Shown: positions 1-7,436 of the stretch, piece by piece
How the letters are laid out: the number at the start of each line of letters is the position of its first letter
Numbering within the stretch: the first letter of the stretch is position 1
Assembly: GCF_000195955.2 (NCBI RefSeq)
Contig: NC_000962.3
Span: forward strand, 3,030,001 to 3,062,000
Source: Mycobacterium tuberculosis H37Rv
GTDB lineage: Bacteria > Actinomycetota > Actinomycetes > Mycobacteriales > Mycobacteriaceae
Length of the DNA: 32,000 bases
Direction of reading: 5' to 3'
The notes under the pieces: generated by a model
What the model saw: the letters and a program-made list of their open reading frames with translations, nothing else
Database searches by the model: none
Told to the model about the DNA's origin: nothing
Position numbers and translations under genes: made by a program

Positions 1-361
1 TCGGGGCCAATCCGATCGACCCATCCGCGCGTGTGGACAATTCGAGTTCGATGACGTCACCGGTCACCGAATAGGTTCCAACCTCAATTTCGGTGATGCC
101 GCTTGGATGGGCGAGAACGAGTTCAACGCAGCCCGGTCGGCAAACGCGGAGATACCCCGTCTCGGAATGCAGCGGCTTCCCGTCAGCTACCGCCCTGGTC
201 TGCTGTGTGTACGTCAGAAACGGTTTACCCACATGGGCGAATACGACTTCCTCGAGGTATTCGAACGGCCGGATGGTGGGGTACTTGCCCGCACCGCGAC
301 CCGCCCAACTCCCCAGGAGGGGTGACAGCGCCTGCAGGGCAGGGGCCAGATCTCGGGTCAT
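1..361 (-). CDS. 5' part of a nitrobindin / FABP-like beta-barrel protein gene (Rv2717c-like); the 3' end lies beyond the window start
   Basis: Absent from the ORF track because it runs off the window edge. The reverse complement from ATG (361..359) reads MTRDLAPALQALSPLLGSWAGRGAGKYPTIRPFEYLEEVVFAHVGKPFLTYTQQTRAVADGKPLHSETGYLRV... with no stop down to position 1. Family call is from my memory of Rv2717c. Confidence 0.75.
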   Translation of the reverse strand, partial: MTRDLAPALQALSPLLGSWAGRGAGKYPTIRPFEYLEEVVFAHVGKPFLTYTQQTRAVADGKPLHSETGYLRVCRPGCVELVLAHPSGITEIEVGTYSVTGDVIELELSTRADGSIGLAP

Positions 362-412
362 CGCCCGCTTGCGGGGGACAGGCATGCGGGAAGCCTAGCG
401 CCGCGAGATCGG

Positions 413-877
413 TCAGCTGTGGGCTGATAGGTTGCGGTGCGCGCGAAGCGCCTCAATCTCGCGCGCGAAATCGTCCGCGGAAGAAAACGACCGGTAGACC
501 GACGCGAACCGTAGGTAGGCCACCTCGTCAAGCTCGCGCAACGGGCCCAGGATAGCCAGGCCGACATCGTGACTCGGAATCTCCGGCGACCCCGCGGCAC
601 GCACCGAATCCTCGACTTGCTGAGCCAGCAGGTTCAACGCATCGTCGTCGACCTGGCGTCCCTGGCACGCCCGGCGCACACCGCTGATCACCTTTTCCCT
701 GCTGAAGGGTTCGGTAACGCCACTGCGCTTGACTACGGCCAGCACCGCGGTCTCTACGGTGGTGAATCGTCGTCCACATTCGGGGCACGACCTCCGGCGC
801 CGGATCGCCTGGCCTTCATCGGTTTCCCGGGAATCGATCACCCGCGAATCGGGATGCCGGCAGAACGGGCAATGCAT
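413..877 (-). CDS. nrdR: NrdR, transcriptional repressor of ribonucleotide reductase genes (zinc ribbon + ATP-cone)
   Basis: Track ORF 413..1009 trimmed to the internal ATG at 877 ([18 protein letters not shown]...[11 protein letters not shown]). It has CxxC...CxxC followed by an ATP-cone, and AAGGAG lies 5 nt upstream. 154 aa. Confidence 0.93.
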   Translation of the reverse strand: MHCPFCRHPDSRVIDSRETDEGQAIRRRRSCPECGRRFTTVETAVLAVVKRSGVTEPFSREKVISGVRRACQGRQVDDDALNLLAQQVEDSVRAAGSPEIPSHDVGLAILGPLRELDEVAYLRFASVYRSFSSADDFAREIEALRAHRNLSAHS

Positions 878-1039
878 GGCCGCTCCTTTGCCGTCTTGAC
901 ATCCGGGTATCACAGACGACTCCGAGCGTACCTGTGTGCTCCCGCGGGTAGCCACTGCAGTCACGACTGATGCGCATATTGCGTCGCGGTCACCCAGTAA
1001 CGTTGACACAGAACGGTTTTCGCGGACACCGGGATGGCC

Positions 1040-1537
1040 TCAGCCAACCGGAGCGATCAGCGTCTGACCCACGGCCAATGCCGGTGTCTGCAGGCCGTTG
1101 AGTTCACGGATGCGGTCGGCAACCTGGCGGGTCGGAGCGTTCGGCGCCACCCGGACCGCCACGTCATACAGGGACTCCCCCGTTTCCACCCGTACCACGG
1201 CAAGCCTGTCGGGCACCCGACCGGTCGAATCGGCCGACCCGTCGGCCGAACCGCCGGTGATCATCTGCCCGAACTGCGCCACCAAACCAAGCCAGAGAGT
1301 AATCGCCGCGGCAAGCAGAGCCAGCCCCACCGTCGTGGCCGGCGGGACGGGCCTGCTGCCATGCCCAGTCCTCGACATCCCGACCCCGGTGCGGTGGTAG
1401 CGCAGCGGCGCACCCCCCGGCCTCGATCGGCCGGGCCTGCGCGATTGCGCCGGCTCAGCGCGGCGCCAGCGAGGTCCATCGAGCGGGCCCCGCAGATTGA
1501 GCGGATCGGGGGTATGCGGTGGCCGGACCGGTGTCAT
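1040..1537 (-). CDS. chiZ: LysM-domain cell-wall hydrolase / DNA-damage-induced division inhibitor (Rv2719c-like)
   Basis: 165-aa ORF with an Arg/Pro-rich N-terminus, one TM segment ([17 protein letters not shown]) and a C-terminal LysM-like segment ([16 protein letters not shown]...[18 protein letters not shown]). GGAGGAG lies upstream of the ATG. It is divergent from lexA. Confidence 0.9.
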
Positions 1538-1606
1538 GTTCGCTCCTCCAACTCAGACGGTAATCGCTCGCGTGTTCGACACTGTAGTCACTCATGTGTT
1601 CGATAT

Positions 1607-1622
1607 CCGAACATTTGATCGA
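1607..1622. promoter_or_regulatory. Candidate LexA (SOS) box on the chiZ side of the divergent region
   Basis: CCGAACATTTGATCGA versus the mycobacterial consensus TCGAAC-N4-GTTCGA (2 mismatches). It lies between the NDp-like promoter and the chiZ start. Confidence 0.45.
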
Positions 1623-1641
1623 AGCGTGTCGCACGCGCAAA

Positions 1642-1664
1642 ACGGTAGACCACACCACCGACAC
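1642..1664 (-). promoter_or_regulatory. RecA-NDp (PafBC-type) DNA-damage promoter motif facing chiZ
   Basis: The minus strand reads GTGTCGGTG-GTGTGGTC-TACCGT versus consensus tTGTCRgtg-N8-TAnnnT. Spacing is exactly 8 nt, with one mismatch at the weakly conserved first T. Confidence 0.5.
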
Positions 1665-1739
1665 GTTTCGGTTGGAGCCGGACTTCCGGCGCGAAGGCCC
1701 AGCCACTCCTCGTGCCCTCCCGCGACCGGAACACGCCTG

Positions 1740-1755
1740 TCGAACACATGTTTGA
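1740..1755. promoter_or_regulatory. LexA (SOS) box of the lexA promoter
   Basis: TCGAACACATGTTTGA, 32 nt upstream of the lexA ATG. It matches TCGAAC-N4-GTTCGA with one mismatch. Confidence 0.85.
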
Positions 1756-1787
1756 TTCTTGGTGCGAATGCGACTACATTCATTGCC

Positions 1788-2498
1788 ATGAACGACAGCA
1801 ACGACACCTCGGTTGCCGGCGGAGCCGCTGGTGCGGACAGCCGGGTGCTGTCCGCAGATTCGGCGCTGACCGAGCGGCAACGCACTATTCTCGACGTCAT
1901 CCGCGCGTCGGTCACTAGCCGCGGATATCCGCCGAGCATCCGGGAAATCGGCGACGCCGTTGGTCTGACGTCGACGTCTTCGGTGGCGCACCAGCTGCGC
2001 ACCCTGGAGCGCAAGGGCTACCTACGCCGTGACCCGAACCGCCCCCGCGCCGTCAATGTGCGCGGTGCCGACGACGCCGCCCTACCGCCGGTGACCGAAG
2101 TGGCCGGCTCGGACGCCTTACCGGAACCCACCTTTGTCCCTGTCCTGGGACGTATCGCGGCCGGCGGCCCGATCCTTGCCGAGGAAGCCGTTGAAGACGT
2201 CTTCCCGCTGCCGCGTGAGCTGGTTGGCGAGGGCACCCTGTTCCTGCTCAAGGTGATCGGTGACTCGATGGTCGAAGCCGCGATCTGCGACGGTGACTGG
2301 GTGGTGGTGCGACAGCAGAACGTCGCCGACAACGGCGACATCGTTGCGGCCATGATCGACGGTGAGGCCACCGTCAAGACGTTCAAACGCGCCGGCGGTC
2401 AGGTGTGGTTGATGCCGCACAACCCGGCCTTCGATCCCATCCCGGGCAACGACGCGACGGTGCTGGGCAAGGTCGTCACGGTGATCCGCAAGGTCTGA
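1788..2498 (+). CDS. lexA: LexA SOS repressor (winged HTH + S24 autopeptidase)
   Basis: Track ORF 1497..2498 trimmed to the ATG at 1788 (MNDSNDTS...). It contains [32 protein letters not shown] (HTH), GDSM (Ser nucleophile) and VKTFKR (Lys). 236 aa. Confidence 0.95.
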
Positions 2499-2519
2499 TG
2501 CTGATCCGCGTGCAGGCTG

Positions 2520-4619
2520 TCAATCCGCCCTAATGAAGCCGTTGACTTGTGCCACTTCTTCACTGGCGAACCAGAGTTCGGCCAGCGTGTCGTGGTATAG
2601 CGCACTGCCGGGTGGGTAATACAGGCCGAAGCTCACACTGGCTTTGACGGGATAGCCGTTCGGCATCTGGTATGGGTCCTCGAGCGGCAGATGAATTGCC
2701 GGGCGCACGCCCGCACTCGGCGGTTCCGGCGGTTCTGCGGCCGCGTGCCGCCCGCCTCTGTCTTCAGCTGCGGATACAGCCGCCGCCGGCAACCCAGTGT
2801 CAGCAAGATCGGCAGCGTGGACATCGGGCGGCACCGCTTCAGGCGCCACTGCTTCCGGAACAAAGGCTTGCGGAACGAAAGTCTCCGGAACCACTCGCTC
2901 AGGAACAATGAGATCGGGACCGACTTCGGAAAGGTCGGCCTGCGACACAACGGGTGTCGGCGTGGTGTCCACCGCATCGGTGTCTTCCTCCTCGACCCCG
3001 ACGTTGCTGGGGCCGGACAGCAAGTCGCTGCCGTAGCCCTCCTCACCCGGAAGATGCTCGGCATCACCGACAGCCGCCCCGGCGCCGCGCGGCCAGCTGA
3101 CCCGCGGTGTGGACCCGGCGTCCGGCGCCACAGGTTCCGGCGGGAACTGGTCGCCGAAACCGAAATGCTCTGAACCGAAGTCCTCGTCGGGCGGCCAGTC
3201 TCCATCAGCGGCGGTACCGTACTCGACATCCCCAGCGCGGTCATCGTCGTAAGCAGCGGCGTCGTACCCACGTCGACGCCGACGCAATCCGAACACCACC
3301 AACGCCACCATCACGACCAGGAGCACCCCCAGGGCGGCGGCCCCTAACCACCACCAATGCCAGGTGAACTTCTTGCCGGGTGGGGGCATCGCCGAAGTAC
3401 TTGGCTGGTTCTGCCCTGACACCTGCAGACCGGACAGCAAGGGCGCTAGGTTAGCGGGATCCGTAGTGAATGTGTTTTTTGCACGGTTCCACGAAATCAT
3501 GCCGCCGGTGAATTTCTGTGAGACAACATCGCCGTCGACGGTCTGGTCGCCGACCGGGGCGCCGAGCTTGCCGTTGGGGCCGCGCAGCTTGTCCCACGCG
3601 GCCACCATGGCTCCGCGCACGACGAACGCGCCGTGGTCCGGAGTCCAGAAAATCACCGGCTTGTCGGCCGCGGAGAACCTGACGATCCGGCTGGAGGGCC
3701 CAAAACCACCATCAGTTTCGTTGGCGATGGGGAAACCCAAGTCGCTGCTGACCGGTCCGCCCAGCGACTCGTACTTCGCCAGGATTTCACCCTCGACGGC
3801 GTTTGCACCGGTTGCCGGGCTGAAGAAGACCTTGCCACCGACGAAGTCCTGGGCGATACCGTCTCCGCCGATCGGGTACTGCCCACCCTTCTTGGCGCCC
3901 AGCGGACCTGCGGCACCACCTGCTGCGCGCCAGGCCATGTTGATCGCCGCGGAAGGATCGATCGCTACCTGCAAACCCTTCAGCTGCTCGGCCAGCACCG
4001 CCGGAACGGTGGTGAACTCCTTGGTTGCCCGGTTCCAGGAGACTTCACCACCGCTGAACTTCTGGGCGGTGACCTCGCCGTCGTAGGTTTCATCCCCGAC
4101 CGGGGCACCCAGCACGCCACCCGAGCTGCCGAGCTTGTCCCACGCGGCATTCAGCGCGCCGCGCACGACGAACGCACCGTGTTCAGGCGTCCAGAAAATC
4201 ACCGGGTTGTCGGCCGCGGAGAACGTGCTCACGCGACTGTCGGGTCCGGCAAGGCCGGGCACCTCGTTGATGGTCGGGAATCCCAGATCGCTGTCGGCTG
4301 CACCGCCCAGCGACTCGTATTTGTCCAGGAGCGGGCCGTAGAGGTATTTGGCACCGGTGGCCGGGGTGAAAAACATCTTGCCGCCGGCGAAGTCCAGGGC
4401 GAACCCGTCGCCTATCGGGTAAACGTCACCTTTCCGGACACCAAGTGTTGAAGTGTCACCACCCGCCTTCTCCCACGCGGCCATCATGGCGTCCTCGGCA
4501 TCGCCCATCGGCGAAGCCGCCACCGTGGGCGCCAGCAACACGGCGGTCACCGCCGTGGCCGCCAAGCCGAGCAGCGTACGCCCGATCAGCGTGCTCAATT
4601 GACCTCTCTGCCCGTTCAC
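2520..4619 (-). CDS. Ala/Gly-rich single-pass membrane protein with a signal peptide, duplicated LGFP-repeat ectodomain, acidic/Pro-rich linker and small C-terminal domain (Rv2721c-like)
   Basis: Track ORF 2520..4622 begins at TTG. I prefer the GTG at 4619, which has GGGAGG 4 nt upstream. SDLGFP occurs twice with LGAPVGD variants. The TM segment is WHWWWLGAAALGVLLVVMVALVVFGL followed by RRRRRG. The C-terminus (LYYPPGSALYHDTLAELWFASEEVAQVNGFIRAD) resembles what I recall as the 'sunset' motif; this is tentative. Confidence 0.85.
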   Translation of the reverse strand: MNGQRGQLSTLIGRTLLGLAATAVTAVLLAPTVAASPMGDAEDAMMAAWEKAGGDTSTLGVRKGDVYPIGDGFALDFAGGKMFFTPATGAKYLYGPLLDKYESLGGAADSDLGFPTINEVPGLAGPDSRVSTFSAADNPVIFWTPEHGAFVVRGALNAAWDKLGSSGGVLGAPVGDETYDGEVTAQKFSGGEVSWNRATKEFTTVPAVLAEQLKGLQVAIDPSAAINMAWRAAGGAAGPLGAKKGGQYPIGGDGIAQDFVGGKVFFSPATGANAVEGEILAKYESLGGPVSSDLGFPIANETDGGFGPSSRIVRFSAADKPVIFWTPDHGAFVVRGAMVAAWDKLRGPNGKLGAPVGDQTVDGDVVSQKFTGGMISWNRAKNTFTTDPANLAPLLSGLQVSGQNQPSTSAMPPPGKKFTWHWWWLGAAALGVLLVVMVALVVFGLRRRRRGYDAAAYDDDRAGDVEYGTAADGDWPPDEDFGSEHFGFGDQFPPEPVAPDAGSTPRVSWPRGAGAAVGDAEHLPGEEGYGSDLLSGPSNVGVEEEDTDAVDTTPTPVVSQADLSEVGPDLIVPERVVPETFVPQAFVPEAVAPEAVPPDVHAADLADTGLPAAAVSAAEDRGGRHAAAEPPEPPSAGVRPAIHLPLEDPYQMPNGYPVKASVSFGLYYPPGSALYHDTLAELWFASEEVAQVNGFIRAD

Positions 4620-4634
4620 CAAGCCTCCCAGCCG

Positions 4635-4883
4635 ATGCCCTGCCTAGCCCGCCAGCCGGTGGATCTCCCACCGTGGGCCGGTCCCCGCTGCGGTCCGTAT
4701 TGTCCCCGGGCTCGCATAACATTGCTCCAGCGAACGACGATTGCGAAGTCCAATCGCAAATATTACGAAAACGGATACCCAGCCGATGTCAAATTGATGC
4801 CGGGGCACGCTGCTGTGGTGAGCAACCGGGCTGCAGCCCGGGCCGGGTTTGCGTTACCGTGCCGGAAACGACAACCGGACTGA
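4635..4883 (+). CDS. Doubtful small ORF (Rv2722-like, 82 aa) inside the leader of the TerC gene
   Basis: ATG at 4635, in frame with track ORF 4599..4883. My hand count gives third-position G+C of about 64%, not above the genome mean. There is no recognisable domain or obvious SD. Confidence 0.2.
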   Translation: MPCLARQPVDLPPWAGPRCGPYCPRARITLLQRTTIAKSNRKYYENGYPADVKLMPGHAAVVSNRAAARAGFALPCRKRQPD

Positions 4884-4908
4884 TGCGGTGAGAGGAATCC
4901 CGGCTGAC

Positions 4909-6102
4909 ATGGGTGCTTCCGGCCTGGTCTGGACCCTCACCATCGTCCTGATCGCCGGCTTGATGTTGGTCGACTACGTCCTCCACGTACGCAAGACCCA
5001 TGTACCGACGTTACGTCAGGCCGTCATCCAGTCGGCGACCTTCGTGGGGATAGCGATCCTGTTCGGCATCGCAGTGGTGGTGTTCGGCGGCTCAGAGCTG
5101 GCGGTCGAATATTTCGCCTGCTACCTGACCGACGAAGCCCTGTCGGTCGACAACCTGTTCGTATTTCTGGTCATCATCAGCAGCTTCGGGGTGCCTCGTC
5201 TCGCGCAACAAAAGGTGCTGTTGTTCGGTATCGCGTTTGCGCTCGTCACGCGCACCGGATTCATCTTCGTCGGCGCCGCGCTCATCGAGAACTTCAACTC
5301 GGCCTTTTACCTGTTCGGCCTGGTCCTACTGGTCATGGCGGGCAACCTCGCCAGACCCACCGGGCTAGAAAGCCGCGACGCCGAAACGCTCAAGAGGTCC
5401 GTCATTATCCGGCTAGCCGACCGCTTCTTGCGGACCTCACAGGACTACAACGGAGACCGGTTGTTCACGGTCTCGAACAACAAGCGAATGATGACCCCGT
5501 TGTTGCTGGTCATGATCGCCGTGGGTGGCACTGACATACTATTTGCGTTCGATTCGATTCCAGCACTTTTCGGCCTGACCCAAAACGTCTATCTGGTGTT
5601 CGCCGCCACCGCGTTCTCGCTGTTGGGCCTGCGCCAGCTGTACTTCTTGATCGACGGCCTGCTGGATCGGCTAGTCTATCTGTCTTACGGGTTGGCCGTG
5701 ATTCTTGGCTTCATCGGCGTCAAACTGATGCTGGAAGCATTGCACGACAACAAGATTCCGTTCATCAACGGCGGCAAGCCGGTCCCGACCGTGGAGGTGA
5801 GCACCACCCAGTCGTTGACGGTGATCATCATCGTCCTGCTGATCACGACCGCGGCGTCGTTCTGGTCGGCGCGCGGACGGGCGCAGAACGCCATGGCGAG
5901 GGCCCGGCGGTATGCAACCGCATACCTCGACCTGCACTATGAGACCGAGTCGGCCGAACGCGACAAGATCTTTACCGCACTGCTGGCCGCTGAACGCCAG
6001 ATCAACACTCTCCCAACGAAATACCGCATGCAGCCCGGACAGGACGACGACCTGATGACGCTGCTGTGCAGGGCCCATGCCGCGCGCGACGCGCACATGT
6101 GA
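4909..6102 (+). CDS. TerC-family integral membrane protein
   Basis: Track ORF 4849..6102 (TTG start) trimmed to the ATG at 4909, with GAGAGGAA 11-18 nt upstream. Multiple TM helices and the TerC hallmark DEALSVDNLFVFLVI. 397 aa. Confidence 0.9.
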   Translation: MGASGLVWTLTIVLIAGLMLVDYVLHVRKTHVPTLRQAVIQSATFVGIAILFGIAVVVFGGSELAVEYFACYLTDEALSVDNLFVFLVIISSFGVPRLAQQKVLLFGIAFALVTRTGFIFVGAALIENFNSAFYLFGLVLLVMAGNLARPTGLESRDAETLKRSVIIRLADRFLRTSQDYNGDRLFTVSNNKRMMTPLLLVMIAVGGTDILFAFDSIPALFGLTQNVYLVFAATAFSLLGLRQLYFLIDGLLDRLVYLSYGLAVILGFIGVKLMLEALHDNKIPFINGGKPVPTVEVSTTQSLTVIIIVLLITTAASFWSARGRAQNAMARARRYATAYLDLHYETESAERDKIFTALLAAERQINTLPTKYRMQPGQDDDLMTLLCRAHAARDAHM

Positions 6103-6105
6103 GCC

Positions 6106-6129
6106 CGCGCTAGCTGAGGGCTAGCTGCG
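6106..6129. terminator. Short hairpin between the convergent TerC-family gene and fadE20
   Basis: GCTAGC (6109..6114) pairs with GCTAGC (6120..6125) around a 5-nt loop. Three further G:C pairs form after a 1-nt bulge. No U-tract. It fills the 28-nt gap between the two stop codons. Confidence 0.35.
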
Positions 6130-6130
6130 C

Positions 6131-7291
6131 CTAAACACCCAAGCCACGACCGATGATCTCTTTCATGATCTCGGTCGTGCCACCGTAAATCGTCTGTACC
6201 CGCGAATCGAGATAGGCCCGGGCGACTGGGTATTCGCGCATGTAGCCGTACCCACCGTGCAGCTGCAGACAGCGGTCGTTCAGATACACCTGCTTCTCGG
6301 TGGCATACCACTTGGCCATGGCGGCCTGCTCTGCCGTCAACTTCCCCGCCAGGTGCAGCTTAATGAATTCGTCGACCATGATGCGCACCACAGTGGCCTC
6401 GGTTGCCAGCTCGGCCAGCAAGAATCGGCTGTTCTGGAAGCTACCGATCGACCTGCCGAACGCCTTGCGCTCCTTGGCGTACTGCAGTGTCTGCTCCAGC
6501 ACGGATTCCATCCCCGCGGCCGCCATGATGGCGATCGAGATCCGTTCTTGCGGCAGGTTCTGCATCAAGTAGATGAACCCCATCCCCTCCTGGCCGAGCA
6601 GGTTTTCGGCTGGAACCGCCACGTCGGTGAAGGACAGCTCGGCGGTGTCCTGGGCGTCCAACCCGATCTTGTCCAGCTGGCGGCCGCGTTCGAATCCAGC
6701 CATGCCGCGTTCGACGACCAACAAACTGAACCCTTGCGCACCCTTTTCGGGATCCGTCTGCGCCACCACGATCACTAGGTCTGAATTGATCCCGTTGGTG
6801 ATGAACGTCTTTGACCCGTTTAGCACGTAATGATCACCGTGTTTGACGGCACGGGTGGTGATACCTTGCAGGTCACTACCGGTTCCGGGCTCGGTCATCG
6901 CGATCGCGGTGATCAATTCCCCGGTGCAGAAGTTGGGAAACCAGCGCCGCTTCTGCTCTTCGGTGGCCAGCGCCAGCAAGTACGGCGCCACGATGTCGTT
7001 GTGCAGGCCAAAACCGATCCCGCTGTACCGTCCGGCGCAGGTTTCCTCGGTGATGACCGTGTTGTACCGGAAGTCCGCGTTACCCCCACCGCCATACTCC
7101 TCGGGCACCGCCATGCCCAGAAATCCCTGCTTGCCGGCCTCCAGCCACACGCCGCGGTCGACGATCTTGGTCTTTTCCCATTCATCGTGATAGGGCGCGA
7201 CGTGGCGATCGAGGAACGCCCGGTAAGACTCGCGAAACAACTCATGTTCGGGTTCGAAAAGTGTGCGCTGGTACTTGGTGGCACTGCCCAT
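6131..7291 (-). CDS. fadE20: Acyl-CoA dehydrogenase
   Basis: Track ORF 6131..7393 trimmed to the ATG at 7291 (MGSATKYQRTLFEPEHELF...), with GGAGGG upstream. ACAD motifs are present: AMTEPGTGSDL, FITNG, and the C-terminal YGGTTEIMKEIIGRGLGV. 386 aa. Confidence 0.92.
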   Translation of the reverse strand: MGSATKYQRTLFEPEHELFRESYRAFLDRHVAPYHDEWEKTKIVDRGVWLEAGKQGFLGMAVPEEYGGGGNADFRYNTVITEETCAGRYSGIGFGLHNDIVAPYLLALATEEQKRRWFPNFCTGELITAIAMTEPGTGSDLQGITTRAVKHGDHYVLNGSKTFITNGINSDLVIVVAQTDPEKGAQGFSLLVVERGMAGFERGRQLDKIGLDAQDTAELSFTDVAVPAENLLGQEGMGFIYLMQNLPQERISIAIMAAAGMESVLEQTLQYAKERKAFGRSIGSFQNSRFLLAELATEATVVRIMVDEFIKLHLAGKLTAEQAAMAKWYATEKQVYLNDRCLQLHGGYGYMREYPVARAYLDSRVQTIYGGTTEIMKEIIGRGLGV

Positions 7292-7377
7292 GGATGCCCT
7301 CCGGGGAAGAAAATTCTGGTGCCCAACAATACCAACCGGGCGGTTGGTCGGCAGGTAGCCGGGGCGCGCCAGCCGCT

Positions 7378-7436
7378 GCGAGCGTAACGCCACGGCGAGC
7401 TTGCGTGCACCGAATTCGCCGTGGCGTTACGCTCGC
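7378..7436 (-). terminator. Perfect 21-bp stem / 17-nt loop hairpin spanning the hflX stop codon
   Basis: GCGAGCGTAACGCCACGGCGA (7378..7398) is the exact reverse complement of TCGCCGTGGCGTTACGCTCGC (7416..7436). The hflX TAA (7429..7427) sits inside the right arm. No U-tail follows on the minus strand. Confidence 0.55.

Noticed and set aside
1597-1613. TGTTCG-ATATC-CGAACA palindrome as a standard LexA box.
   Set aside because: The half-sites are in the opposite order (GTTC...GAAC) and the spacing differs from TCGAAC-N4-GTTCGA. It is mentioned only as an unexplained palindrome within the chiZ-lexA finding.
1497-1787. N-terminal extension of lexA in the track (333 aa). Similar extensions exist for nrdR (to 1009), hflX (to 9232), fadE20 (to 7393), miaB (to 16623), the glycosyltransferase (to 23336), ephG (from 22324), PE_PGRS47 (from 23794) and clgR (to 28663).
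   Set aside because: The extensions run through promoter or operator regions or neighbouring genes and have odd composition. The internal starts chosen have Shine-Dalgarno sequences or known family N-termini.
4620-4908. A canonical yybP-ykoY Mn riboswitch call upstream of the TerC-family gene.
   Set aside because: I could not find the conserved GGGGAGUAG and AGCAAGACC-type strings by eye. It is kept only as a low-interest hypothesis needing cmsearch, not as a feature.
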